From assembly GCF_006345805.1 (NCBI RefSeq), contig NC_042999.1, forward strand, positions 109,058,001-109,122,000: a stretch of DNA of 64,000 bases, written 5' to 3'. The first letter of the stretch is position 1, and each line of letters begins with the position of its first letter. Origin of the DNA: Octopus sinensis (Eukaryota). This document shows, one piece after another, positions 14,001 through 25,544 of this stretch. The notes under the pieces were generated by a model. That model ran no database searches, was not told where the DNA came from, and was given only the letters and a program-made list of their open reading frames with translations. A program made the translations under genes and the position numbers.

Positions 14001-14786
14001 TATTGTGTGGATTTGTGCAATCTGGGTTCACATTCTACCTCATGTCATTAGAAAAATGGGTTCCTATTCTATCAGTTTCAGTTACTGAACTGCTAAGTTA
14101 CAAGGGTGTAAAGAAGCCAATACTGGTTGTTTAGTGGTGGGCATGACAAACACATTGACATGCATACACGTACATATTATATACATACATTTCTGTCTAC
14201 CAGATTCACAAATGAGGCACTGGTCAGCTCAGGGCTAGCGTAGAAGACATTTACCCGAGGTGCCACATAATGGGACTGAACTTGAAACCATGCAGTTGTG
14301 AAGTGAATTTCTTAACCACAAAACCACACTGGCACCTTTGAACTTCCAAACCATGTAACCATAACTCCTGCCAGCATGGAAAAACAGGTGTTAAATGATG
14401 ATACACACACACACACATGTATGCACACGCACACACACACACACACATACTCACATACACACGCACACACATACACATGTGCACATGCACACACACACAC
14501 ACATTTTTTCCATAATATAATGTATGAATACATTGTTAAAGATTTTAAATGACTATAGAAATGACTATATTTATAAAAAATATAAAAAATATAGTCAGTT
14601 TTTTCCCCAAAATTTTTTCAAGAACTATTGTAATTTAAAAATGTAAATTTTACAATTACTATTGTTTGAGAATAAATTCCAGACTTGCTACTAACTTTTA
14701 CCTAATTACACACACACACTTACACATAGACATGCACATACACAGACATGTACACACACACAGACATATATTTATGTATATATATA

Positions 14787-15112
14787 GGGTGAAGATACTC
14801 CCCCCCTATTGGTCATGAATGACCAAGGGATTCCATCTAGAAAGTTACCCTCCAAGGCACAAGTCCAGGTAAAGTTGTTGATGGAAGACCAGCAGTTGCC
14901 CATGCATACACACTACCAATGTTATCCAAGGGAAAGGCAAAGGCCGATACAGCTTGGCACCAGTGATGTTGCAACTCATTTCTACAACTGAGTGAAATGG
15001 AGCAACATGAAATAAAGAGTCTTGCTCAAGAACACAACACAAAGCCCAGTCCAGGAATCGAAGCCACTACTTCATGATTGTCAGGCTGATGCTCTAATCA
15101 TTGAGCCGTGCC
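14787..15112 (-). mobile_element. tRNA-derived SINE (same family as 26875-27126 and ~13010-13137)
   Basis: Minus strand has a B-box-like ttcgattcc followed by 'gtgttcttgagcaagactctttatttcatgttgctcc', shared with the other copies. Confidence 0.7.
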
Positions 15113-16091
15113 ATATATTTCATTAATACTTCTATATACTGCTATTTTGATATTTAATATCTCGTAGCAGCTTAGTCAATGGTAGTTGACATTCATGTTA
15201 ACCAACAATAAAATGGGTAATGTGTCTAACATAAAAGTAAAATATTTCAGGTGAAATATGTGTGTGCATACATGCATGTATGCATGTGTGTATGTGTATG
15301 CGCACATATGACCTTGTTGGTTTTGACTTCCTGTTGGAAATGTTAGTTTATTTTAACTTGCTATCACTTCCCTCACAGTGTTTTTATAAGAATATATTAA
15401 AAACTAAGTTATTTTGTTATTTTCATTACCCATTCTGTAAACATTCTATCTTTAAGTGTTGTGTTAAGGTCTTACAGACTTTTATGAGCCCAGATTTTGC
15501 AATCAACTGTTGCATATGAATTGTGGAACTACTTTCTGTCCCAAAGAATCCAAGTTCAATGATACTTAGATTCAAACTAGTTGGTACATATATAGTTTCT
15601 GCAATAGTGAGGCCTGTGGAGCTGAAAGTGTATTCTGAATACAGACAGGATTTGAAGACTTTTCATCTGTAATACATAGATATCTTTTTTCTGCTGTGTT
15701 TCCTCACCTCACTTTTGTTATATGGACAGCTGATTTTCATATAAATATATAGAAAGATAAATGGAGATACATGCGCCTCCCCCCCTCACACACATGCATG
15801 CATATATTGAATAATGAATGTTAAAGTGATGATGATGATGTGTTTGTATGTGTGTATATGCATATATATATATATATATCTAATGTATATCTATCTGTCT
15901 ATACATTGTGTGAATCTGTGTGTGTTATATGTATATATATATATTTATATATACATACATATATACATATATAAATATATACATATTTATATACACATAT
16001 TTATATATACATATATATAATATATATATGTATATATATTTATATATATATGTGTGTATATATATATGTGTGTGTGTATATATATATATAT

Positions 16092-16556
16092 TGACCTTTC
16101 ATTCTTGGTTTGACTACTCTCCGTGCAACATCTTTATTCCTCCCTGTGCCTGTCAAATTTTATGTCCCTGCCATAAGCCTTTATTTCCACACATGCCAGC
16201 TTAATTTAATTTGTCCTTAGTCAAAAGACACCTGATGTTATGTTCTGTTATTTGCATTTGTATTTGTGTAATATTTCTCTGTTTTTTTCCGTCCTTGTTT
16301 TCATATACATTCGCTGCTTTCTTCCAAGGAATCTAATGCTCTTAGCTTAGTTTTTCCTTGGGGCTGCCCAGATTAGAGCAATCTCAAGTATAACTAGCCA
16401 AAATTGCAAAGATAATCTGGAACTCGACTGAGGATAAAAAACTCCGAATGACCTATCCTTGTTTTCTTTGTATCATCTGTCTTGATGTTTTGTTGTCCCT
16501 TTTTTGTATCACCTAACTGTCTGGATGTTTTGCGTTCTTGTCCGATTTTTGTATTT
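16092..16556 (+). mobile_element. Non-coding PLE-associated repeat (pLTR-like)
   Basis: Its 3' ~140 bp (ctggaactcgactgaggat...cttgtccgatttttgta) matches 56948-57083, which directly follows a PLE GIY-YIG fragment; flanked by (TA)n. Confidence 0.65.
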
Positions 16557-16816
16557 TTATATATTTATATATATATATAGAGAGAGGGGGGGGGCGGAGA
16601 GAAAAGAAAATTCTTGAATCAAAGATCAAGGAGACCAGAAATATGAAGTGAACTTAAGACAAAAACAATTTAGAGCTAATATATTTTACAAATTTAATGT
16701 TTTAGCAAAGAACCTCTACTTAGCTCCTCAGAGTAACTGAGTGGTTAGGTTGTGCATATGTCTGTATGCATGTACACACTTAATTTTGGTGTGGTGTGGT
16801 TAGTTTTGGTCTCTCT

Positions 16817-16857
<41 letters not shown>

Positions 16858-17089
16858 TTATATATATATATATATTTATATATATATTACATATATGTTT
16901 CATATATATTACTTTGGAAATAAAGTCTAATGGCATTTCAAGATGGGAAATAAAAGCTTCTATGGTCTTAATTGATATATTTAATCAAGATAATATTTTC
17001 CCTCGTTATTGATAACATAATCTCTATTATTTGGAAAATTACTGATGCTGCAGGCATAAAATCCTTCAGGTTTAGAAGTAAAGAAACAC

Positions 17090-17560
17090 TCAATATCATT
17101 TCAAGTCTCTCTACAATTAATAAACTGTTTCCCCACTAAATAATGTTGCAGTTATCTGAAAAGAGGATAATAAGATGGATTCAAGGTCAGAAGAGTAAGG
17201 AGGATGAAGCAAAACTTCCTTATTGTGCCATAAACCTTTTCCTCAGTGGCTGAAGCAATCTGTAATTTTGCATTATTTTGTAAGAGCAATATCTCTGTCT
17301 GACTGACCAATGATGAGTACTTTTCTGCAAATCTTTGTGCAGTGCTTCCAATTGATGAGAGTACTTCTCCACATTAATTGTTTCATTTTGGTTTATAACT
17401 TCAATACAGATGACACCCTTCAAATCACCAAACACAGAGCATTATTTTTTGAGATGGATTCTTCTTTTTCATTTTATGCTAACGTTAGTTGTTCCTTTTA
17501 GTTATGATTGTAGAGAACCAACTTTTCATCAATTGTGATAATTCTGCAAAAAGTGGAGAC
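17090..17560 (-). mobile_element. Mariner transposase remnant
   Basis: Minus strand: GVICIEVINQNETINVEKYSHQL..., LLLQNNA, VLLHPPYSSDL (YSPDL motif); frameshifted. Confidence 0.8.
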
Positions 17561-18417
17561 TTTCATATGATGAATATTTGAATGTAAATAAATAGATATT
17601 TATATTAATAAATCCAACTTACACAGAGTACAATATGGCTAGCTCTCCACATCTAATAGTTCCACCTTTGAACTTCTCTGCATTATGATCTGAGATGTAA
17701 GATCTTTTCTACCCTGATGATGGAGGCTTAATTTATCCAATGTTGATAGTTTCCATTATGGCTTCATATTGTGATGAACTATATCTACCAACATTATGAT
17801 GGATCTCCAAGCCCCCAGAAACAGCTGTTAGACTTCTAACACCTTTATTCATCCCCTTTAATTTTCTCTGTCGTTTGTTACTCTGTGTAAGTTGGATCTA
17901 TTAATATAAATATCTATATATTTATTCTTAGATATTCATTGTCTGAAAGACTTCACTTTTTGCTTTCTCTCATTTAGCATGTATACATATATACATATTT
18001 TGTATTTCATACCAAAACTGTTATATTTAATTCATCTAATTTATTTATCTGTATAATTGCCTCCGTATCTGCTCAACTTGATCCCTCTTATAGTCGTTCT
18101 TTATCATGTGGAATTGATCCCCATGTAAAGACATCAAAGTCTAAATTTGAATCATCTGAGCACTACTGTCTTCTATACTGAGAATCTCTGGAGTGGTTGG
18201 CATTAGGAAGGGCATCCAGCTGTAGAAAACCTTGCCGGATCAGAGTGGAGCCTGGTAAAGCCTTCTGGCTTGCCAGTCCTCAGTCAAACAGTCCAACCCA
18301 TGTCAGTATGATAATGATGATATGTGCGTGTGTGTATACATATATATAATACACACACACACATATATATGCATATATATATACATATATATATATATTT
18401 ACATAAGTTTTATAAGT

Positions 18418-18905
18418 CATTGTTTACATAGGTGTATTTGTATATGAAATGTTTTACCGTTCAGTGCTGGCTTTAAATTCTATTGAAAATCTGTAGCGAT
18501 AAACTTAAAAGTAATTGAATTACATTGACAACACAAGAATAGGAAATAGTATCAATTTATTATTTTTAATATACTTTGCCATATATTATGACTGCAGAAC
18601 AATATACCATTTCCCTAGCAGCAATTAATATGTAAATACTATTTGCCAGGAATGTGCTTAATATGTAAATCACTACCCAGTAGTGTTACACCACTAAACT
18701 TAGTGGGTATTCAAGCAATGTGTTAATCTGTTGGATGTGATGCTGATGAAGGAGCAATAACTCCTGAAATATGCATATACACCTATTACCTATTTTTCTG
18801 TCTTTCACAACATTGTTTACATAGCTGTATGCATATACAAGATATTGTAACTTTCAGAGTTAGCTCTAAATTTTATAGACACTCTGTAGAGATAAACTTA
18901 GAAGT
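18418..18905 (+). mobile_element. ~393-bp-period direct-repeat element containing a hammerhead motif
   Basis: Diverged direct repeats 18418-18512 and 18811-18905 with an HHR motif between them. Confidence 0.55.
18739..18783 (+). ncRNA. Minimal type I hammerhead ribozyme (stem I imperfect)
   Basis: gatg-CTGATGA-aggag(caataa)ctcct-GAAA-tatgcata-TA-cacc: intact core, 5-bp stem II, palindromic stem III, stem I 3 of 4 bp. Confidence 0.6.
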
Positions 18906-19591
18906 TTTATACAAAATTATGTATACTACAATGTATGTGAGAATATAAAGTAATATATATATATGTGGGATTTTACCTACTAAATTTTACAAGCTAGAAT
19001 AAAAGTTAGTCATAATTTCGTATAGTGACAGATTCTGGAGTAAAATGGAGCCAGGTGTTTTCTTATAACAGGAAAAAAGTATTTTAGCTCCTTTCAAGTA
19101 AATAGTTGACAAGTACAGCAATGGTCAGTATTTATCACTTTATCAAATTATTATCTCTAAACACTAAATTTCATTTTTCTTTTTCTTCCTAATAATCTGT
19201 GTTTGAAGATAGAATTGTATTTTATAGTTGACATAGGAGTCTTTTGTGTTTGCTTCTTTGTTTCTGAATTTTGTATTTTGAATATACTTTTGTTTTGACT
19301 GTCACTATATCTATGGGTTTAGTTTTTTCTACAGCTTGCTGAAAATAGCACACTGCTTTGGATGTTCATTCTTGTTTATTGTGAAAGGACAGTCTGATCT
19401 GATGAAGGACTTATTCAAAATAATACATTTTGTACCTTTAATGGATAATAGTGATGATGCAATATGATAATTATATCTCACCAATGTACTACACCAGTAA
19501 TAATGTATAGAAACAATTGTAGTGATTTGAAATAAAGAATGTCATTCAATTCATTTTCTTTTATTCATCTCTTTTCTTTTTTCTTTTTCTT

Positions 19592-19654
<63 letters not shown>

Positions 19655-19656
<2 letters not shown>

Positions 19657-20825
19657 GGCTGACCCAAAGAATGTATATACAATTTAATAGCTGATAACTC
19701 ACCTAATTTTAATTTCATTTTATATGTAACACATTAGAAATTACAAAGCTTTTAACAAAGAAAATTTGTCTTTAAGTGTTACTCGAAGTTTGAAAATGCA
19801 TTCAAAGTACAAAGATAGTTTAGGAGGGAGTTTTATACAGATTCACTTAATAAACTTAACATCAATCGAATTGAAGATAAGATTGAAGTAGGACATGTTA
19901 AGAATGGCCACAAGAAATGTTCAATGAATCCTACAAAGCAACAAATTTTATCAGAAACATACTGCCAGAGTTCAAGAAAACCTGTGTGGCAAGAGCATCA
20001 TGAGATAGGAATTTCAAAATCAAGTGCTTTTATTATAAAAAGTACATTCCAAGAATAATTTTGTTCTCAATGAGGATGATCCAGACCAAAGAGAGAAGTT
20101 TTGCAAATTATACTTTGTAAAATATGTAGAAGATGCACACTTTCCGTTGAAATTGTTTGGAGTGATGTGGCTAGTAAGAAGCTGAGAATCTACATATTAT
20201 GGATGAACATAATGTTAATTTATCAGGATTTACTGTATAGTGCAGCTTGTCATCAAAAGGATTAAATGGACCATTCTTTTCTGATGGTACTGTGACTGGT
20301 CCCATTTACTTGAACTGGCTGTGATAATTTGTCATGCCTAGTTTTTAACAGTAATTTGAAGAGTGAAGTTGTATTTCCATCAGAACAGGGCACACCTACA
20401 GTATCATAGTAATGTAAGGGCCTTGTTGAGATTTTGCCAAATAGGTGGATTGATAAAAAGTTTCCATAGAATAACCTCCACATTCACTGAATCTCATACC
20501 ACTAGATTTTGTTTATTTATGATGATACTTAAAAAATAATGTTTAGAATACAAAACTGGCTACAGTCAATGAACTGAGAGCAGCCATTGAATGAGAAAGA
20601 ACAGAAATACTGAATGAAAGTTTCGTGATGTTTGTGATTCTATTGCTTTGTTTTATATGCAGTGCCTCAACCAGAATAGTTATCCATTTGAAAACAAGCA
20701 TTCATAAAAAAAAAACAACTAAATTCTGCCTGTTGTTCCTATTAAATTTTGAAAATGAAATGTATTTTAATAAACACTGATTTATAATCATTCAATGTGT
20801 GTATACACGCTTTTGAAACATCATA
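19655..20825 (+). mobile_element. Decayed Tc1/mariner-superfamily element
   Basis: Imperfect TIRs (taggctgacccaaagaatgtatatac / gtgtatacacgcttttgaaacatcata); GPFFSDGTVTGPIYL, PNRWI and a decayed WPPxSPDLTPLDF motif. Confidence 0.7.
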
Positions 20826-20964
20826 TATACATATATATATATATAGTAGGTACTGCAAATTTAGGGTGAATACTTGATAAGTGTAAGCACCTGGATACAC
20901 CAGATAGTAGCAGAGGTGAGAGAGAATATATCAAATAAAATCAAAAACAGAACACAAAGGATAT

Positions 20965-21057
20965 TGCGGTACACGTGTTTCAAGCTTTATAAACAACCTG
21001 TTCTTACATCAGTGTATAATAGATATAAAAGATGGTTTAAAGCTCTCTTCAGCTGCA
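20965..21057 (-). ncRNA. Type I hammerhead ribozyme, mirror copy
   Basis: Reverse complement: tgcag-CTGAAGA...GAAAC-acgt-GTA-ccgca; same core, one stem I mismatch. Confidence 0.75.
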
Positions 21058-21451
21058 TACATTGTTATTCCAAAGAGTTACATCACACCATAAAAAATAT
21101 GGAAAGTACATGTAGTATTACCCATTATAATAGGTATATCATATCTCCTTGAGAAGGTGTATTTGTAAAATTTCGTAACTTTATAACTGTATAAGGGTTC
21201 ATTGGATTTTGAAAATCTGTCCATATTGTATCACCAGTCAACATAGAGTCATTCTGTAATTTTGCATTATTTTGGTGATACAGTATGGACAGATTTTCGA
21301 ATTCCAATGGACCTTTATACAGTTATAAAGTTACGAAATTTTACAAATACACTTTCTCAAGGAGATATGATATACCTATTATAATGGGTAATACTACATG
21401 TACTTTCCATATGTTTTATAGTGTGATGTAACTCTTTGGAATAACAATGTA

Positions 21452-21544
21452 TGCGGCTGAAGAGAGCTTTAAACCATCTTTTATATCTATTATATACTGA
21501 TGTAAGAACAGGTTGTTTATAAAGCTTGAAACACGTGTACCGCA
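21452..21544 (+). ncRNA. Type I hammerhead ribozyme, intact core
   Basis: tgcgg-CTGAAGA-gagcttta...taaagctt-GAAAC-acgt-GTA-ccgca: stem I 5 bp, stem II 8 bp with a long insert, palindromic ACGT stem III loop, GUA cleavage triplet at 21537-21539. Confidence 0.85.
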
Positions 21545-21807
21545 ATATCCTTTGTGTTCTGTTTTTGATTTTATTTGATATATATATATATATACACACA
21601 TATATATATATACACATATACATACATATACATACATATATATATGCATATATATTTTGTCTGTAAAAAACATAAATCCAAAAGAAGAAGCAGACTCTGG
21701 GCCAACAGATTTTGGGATCTGATGATATGCCATAAAGCTAAACCCTTTATGGATGTGAAACCTAACGTAATCCCATAGACCAGCTTTCCCCATTTTAATA
21801 TGTATAA

Positions 21808-21836
<29 letters not shown>

Positions 21837-21838
<2 letters not shown>

Positions 21839-23916
21839 GGCTGTGGTGAGTATATTGTTGTCTAAATTACACAAAAATGAAAATAACACTGACATCTCAT
21901 TTTAACAGATATATTTACCAAAATTATATAAAAGTATCTTGAAATATTAGGTTGTCAAATATGAAATTTGTAGAAAAGAAAAAAAAGTTTGCTAATGTTT
22001 TATAAATACAAGGAATAGTTTTTTTCATCAAACTATGTACCCATATTGTCAATACACTTTTGCCATTTCAGCTGTAGCTTGTCCAACCTGGAATTGTAAA
22101 AGCCTGGCAATAAAAGCCTGGCAATAGAGCCAATAAAATTTTGGAAGTCCTGTTTTACAGCATCTTGGAATTAAATCTTTTTCCTATCAAAAAGTTATCC
22201 AAATTCTGGAAGAAGAGGTAGTCAGTAGGGGCAAGATCAGGTGAGTATGATGGATGATGGAGAACTTCCAACTCCAACTCCTGTAGTTTCGCCAATGTCA
22301 TTTTTGCGATGTTTTGCAATAAAATAGGAGTGGATCTGTTGAGTAATTTAAGCTGGTTTTTTTGTTTTGTAAGTTTCTGTATCATTTGGTCCAGTTGGCT
22401 GCAGTATGCTTTGGCCATGATTGATGAGGCAGGTTTAATGAAATCATAATGGATCACGCCTGTGCCACACCACCAAACACACACCATCAGCTTCTTTTGA
22501 TGAAGTTTGCTTTTTGGACTGTTTTGGTAGCTCGTCTTTGTCCAACCATTGTACTGAACATTTACAGTTGTTGTACTAGATCCATTTCTCGTCACATGTT
22601 ACAATTCGATTCTAAAATGATTCATTTTTGTGATGAGAAAGTAGCATAATGCAAGGTTCCAAACGTTGCTGTTTCTGATTTTTATTGAGTTCATGTGGAA
22701 CCCACTTATCCAACTTTTTCACTTTACCGATTTGAACTAGGTGAGTCAATATTGTTTGCTTGCAAACACCAAACAACAACGATAATTCACGGGGACTTTG
22801 AGATGGATCTGACTCAACGATGGCTTTCAGTTCGTCATTATCCACCTTTCTTTCTGGTCAACCGCATTGCTCTTTTGTGAGGTCAAAGTTACCAGAACGA
22901 AATTTTGCAAACCAATTTGATACTGTCTGCTGTGTAATAACATTAGAATGTAATACTCCATTTATATTCTGAGCTGTCTGTGATGCTGTATTTCCAAGAA
23001 AGAACTCTAAATGAAAATAACAACAAATGATATATAAATACTTTATAAAGCACAAAATCAGTTAGAATAAAGAAACAGATGTGTCAGCTTTCTAACCAAA
23101 AGTAAAGATTGTCAAAATATAATAATGACACAAAATGAGCAGCTGTCAAAGTTTACCAAATTTCATACATGATGACCTAATACTAAAGAGTAAATTCATT
23201 CAATAAAATTGCCATTGGCTTCAATCATGGCCTCCAGATGACTTTGGAATCTCCTGCTACTCTTCTGGATGGTCTCCTTGTTTAAGTTGGTGAATGCTGC
23301 CATAATCCTTGCCTTCAGTTCATCTCTGGTATTACAAGGAGTTTTGTTGATCTCTCACTCAACTGTGCCTCACACAAGGTGGGGTTGTAGTCTGGAGAGT
23401 TAAGTAGCAAGATGTTAGGGGTGATGTGATTGCAGAAATTGTCTGACAGCCATGACTGGGTTCTCCTGCTTGTGTAACATGGTGTAGAGTCCTGTTGCCA
23501 GACACAAAGTCTTCCAGCTGTGACCAAGGGCAGCACTACCTCCTGCTGGCACTTGATGTAGGCCTTTGTGTTGAGTTTGAAGCCGTGTGAGAAGATGGAT
23601 GGAGGCATAACATCGTCATCACTACTGATCACTCCAAACACCATGATGTTGACTAGATGTTTGATTTTTATCACTCTTGGTATATGTTTTGGGGACACAG
23701 TAAGATAACAGATGTTCTGTGTTCACCATCTGAATGCCAAGCAGTACAGCATGTTGTTTCCAAATTTCTGGCAGCATGAATTGCGCTATGGTGCTGTTTT
23801 TCTCATAGATCATGCCCAACTGACCTTACTATTCTGTGAAGTTGACAAAATCAAAAACAATGTGTATGTGTGAAATTAAAAATATAAAATGGTGACAATT
23901 TACCCACCACACCCTG
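21837..23916 (-). mobile_element. Tc1/mariner (maT/DD37D-like) element interrupted by a mariner
   Basis: TIRs caggctgtggtgagtatattgt / acaatttacccaccacaccctg; ORF 23315-23698 has IMVFGVISSD, WQQDSTPCYTS, NSPDYNP motifs. Confidence 0.8.
21947..23180 (-). mobile_element. Full-length decayed mariner with TA target duplication
   Basis: TIRs ttaggttgtcaaatatgaaatttg / caaatttcatacatgatgacctaa flanked by TA; WVPHEL, IVTCDEKW, YSPDLAPTDY motifs over several frames. Confidence 0.93.
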
Positions 23917-23983
23917 CATATATATATATATATATATATATGAATGAAAAATGGAGTTAACGCAGGTTTAAACAAGTATTTTT

Positions 23984-24070
23984 ACTTTCTACATATGTTT
24001 AAAAAATTCCACTGATACTTATTCAAAAGAATAAAAGGTATAAACAATGCAATCTTCTCTTCGGGAAAGT
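23984..24070 (-). ncRNA. Degenerate type I hammerhead in the PLE 3' end
   Basis: actttc-CCGAAGA-gaagatt...aattttt-TAAAC-atat-GTA-gaaagt: stem I intact, two core substitutions. Confidence 0.65.
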
Positions 24071-24271
24071 GAAAAAACAAAACTTGTCAATATGACATTT
24101 TAGCAAAGAATGATGGATTCGTATAGCGATAGACAGAACGCTATTAATATCGTTTAAAAAAAACGTTATATGATATAACGTCATAAGTAGCTAACAGAAA
24201 GAGTAGGGATATTAATAGTGAATGTTAAATATAAAGGAAATTAAAGTCTAAACTATATATAATGATAGAGA

Positions 24272-25544
24272 CTACTTATATGCACTAAAAGTATGTTTCT
24301 GCCAATGCTTACATCTGTATGCTCATTCTATAACCGTGTTTACTAGAGTATTTTTAGAAAAAAATAATGAAAAATAGCTCAGAATTGCAGAGAAGACAGA
24401 ATTTCTTGCCTTTGTCATATGGTATCGAAATTGAGAGGATCAACCATTCTAAATGAAATTGTTCATTGTGGTCTTTTAAATCCCAAATCAGTTTGCTGAG
24501 ACCGGTACTATTCCGTTTATTTCTATCCCTAAATGTTGAGTAATGGATAGAAATTCTCTTAGATAACTCTAACGATGTGCTTCCAATGTAAAATCGTACT
24601 TTATTACGAGTACTGATTATACACTGGTATATAGAATTTTTAATCTTAGAGTTACTTGACATAAATTTAATTCTATTGGGATTGACTTCAGATACAATAA
24701 CCTTGTTATTAATATTTCTAGAGGGTTGGATGGTAGTAGCTAAATTAATGTTAGTATTAGTAAATGTATTAATATTTAACAGTTTGTTATTATGAGAAGA
24801 TATAATTTGCAAGAGATTTTTTGTGTTTGAAAAACCTATCCTAACCTTATGTGAATTAATTATAGAGTAATATCTAGAATTATTTGGAAAATTCCTAGCA
24901 ATAGCTTGACGAAACAGCAGTGGGAGATTAGATTTAATTTGTCTCCCGTAAGGAATTATTAACCAAATATTTTTACTAGTATTCATAGCGTAATTACTTT
25001 TGAAGGTGTTATATTTACTTTTAGATCGGTAATAGGGGAATAAATAAGGGTTATCTGCCTTCATTCGCTTTGTATCGGTGCGTAAGTTATGTTTGTTATC
25101 AATAATTCTTTTACGACTAGAAATCTTATCTACATTATTGAATTTACAATTAGACTGAGCAGAATCAATGTAGAAAATTTTTTCTGTATAACCTGCTTTG
25201 ATTAAGGCAGAGTTATAGAATTCAGCATTATTATTGAAAATATCAACATTAGCAGATAATTTAGATAATCTAAATGAAATATTCTTAACTAAATTCTTAG
25301 TAATTGCTCCAGGATGATTACTAAATTTGCTAATGTACTTAAGATTGGTCAACGGTTTATGATATGGGAAGTAAGAGTCACTGTGTAAATTAAGCGTAAT
25401 ATCTAAAAAGTTGGCCTTCGTCAGATCGTCATGAAAAACGATTTTTAAGCCCATTCTTCTGAAAAAATTAACTAAACTGTTCTTAACTTTTTGTACCTTT
25501 TGGTTGGAAACATTTTGGAGGTAAAGTAAACAATCATCACGATA
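24272..25544 (-). pseudogene. PLE reverse transcriptase C-terminal half + GIY-YIG endonuclease
   Basis: YRDD, NFLDITLNL, YHKP...SNHP, SIY...FYIGST, STGLSKLIWDLK, CLLCNSE; after a 1-nt shift in a T run the frame continues LVNTVIE*AYRCKHWQK to TAG at 24272-24274. Confidence 0.88.

Larger units (their letters stand above)
20926..21583. repeat. Long inverted repeat, 311-bp arms, 36-nt spacer (PLE inverted pLTR type)
   Basis: 20926-21236 pairs with 21273-21583 without indels, about 10 mismatches by eye; each arm carries an HHR; (TA)n on both sides. Confidence 0.95.

Noticed and set aside
16289-16460. HDV-like ribozyme reading (ccgaatg as J4/2)
   Set aside because: A P1 can be drawn but P2, P3 and P1.1 cannot.
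24323-24325. In-frame TGA in the Naiad-type ORF tail as possible selenocysteine
   Set aside because: Some Naiads are reported to use Sec, but this TGA is not at a conserved Cys position, follows a frameshift, and no SECIS was recognised; a nonsense mutation is simpler.
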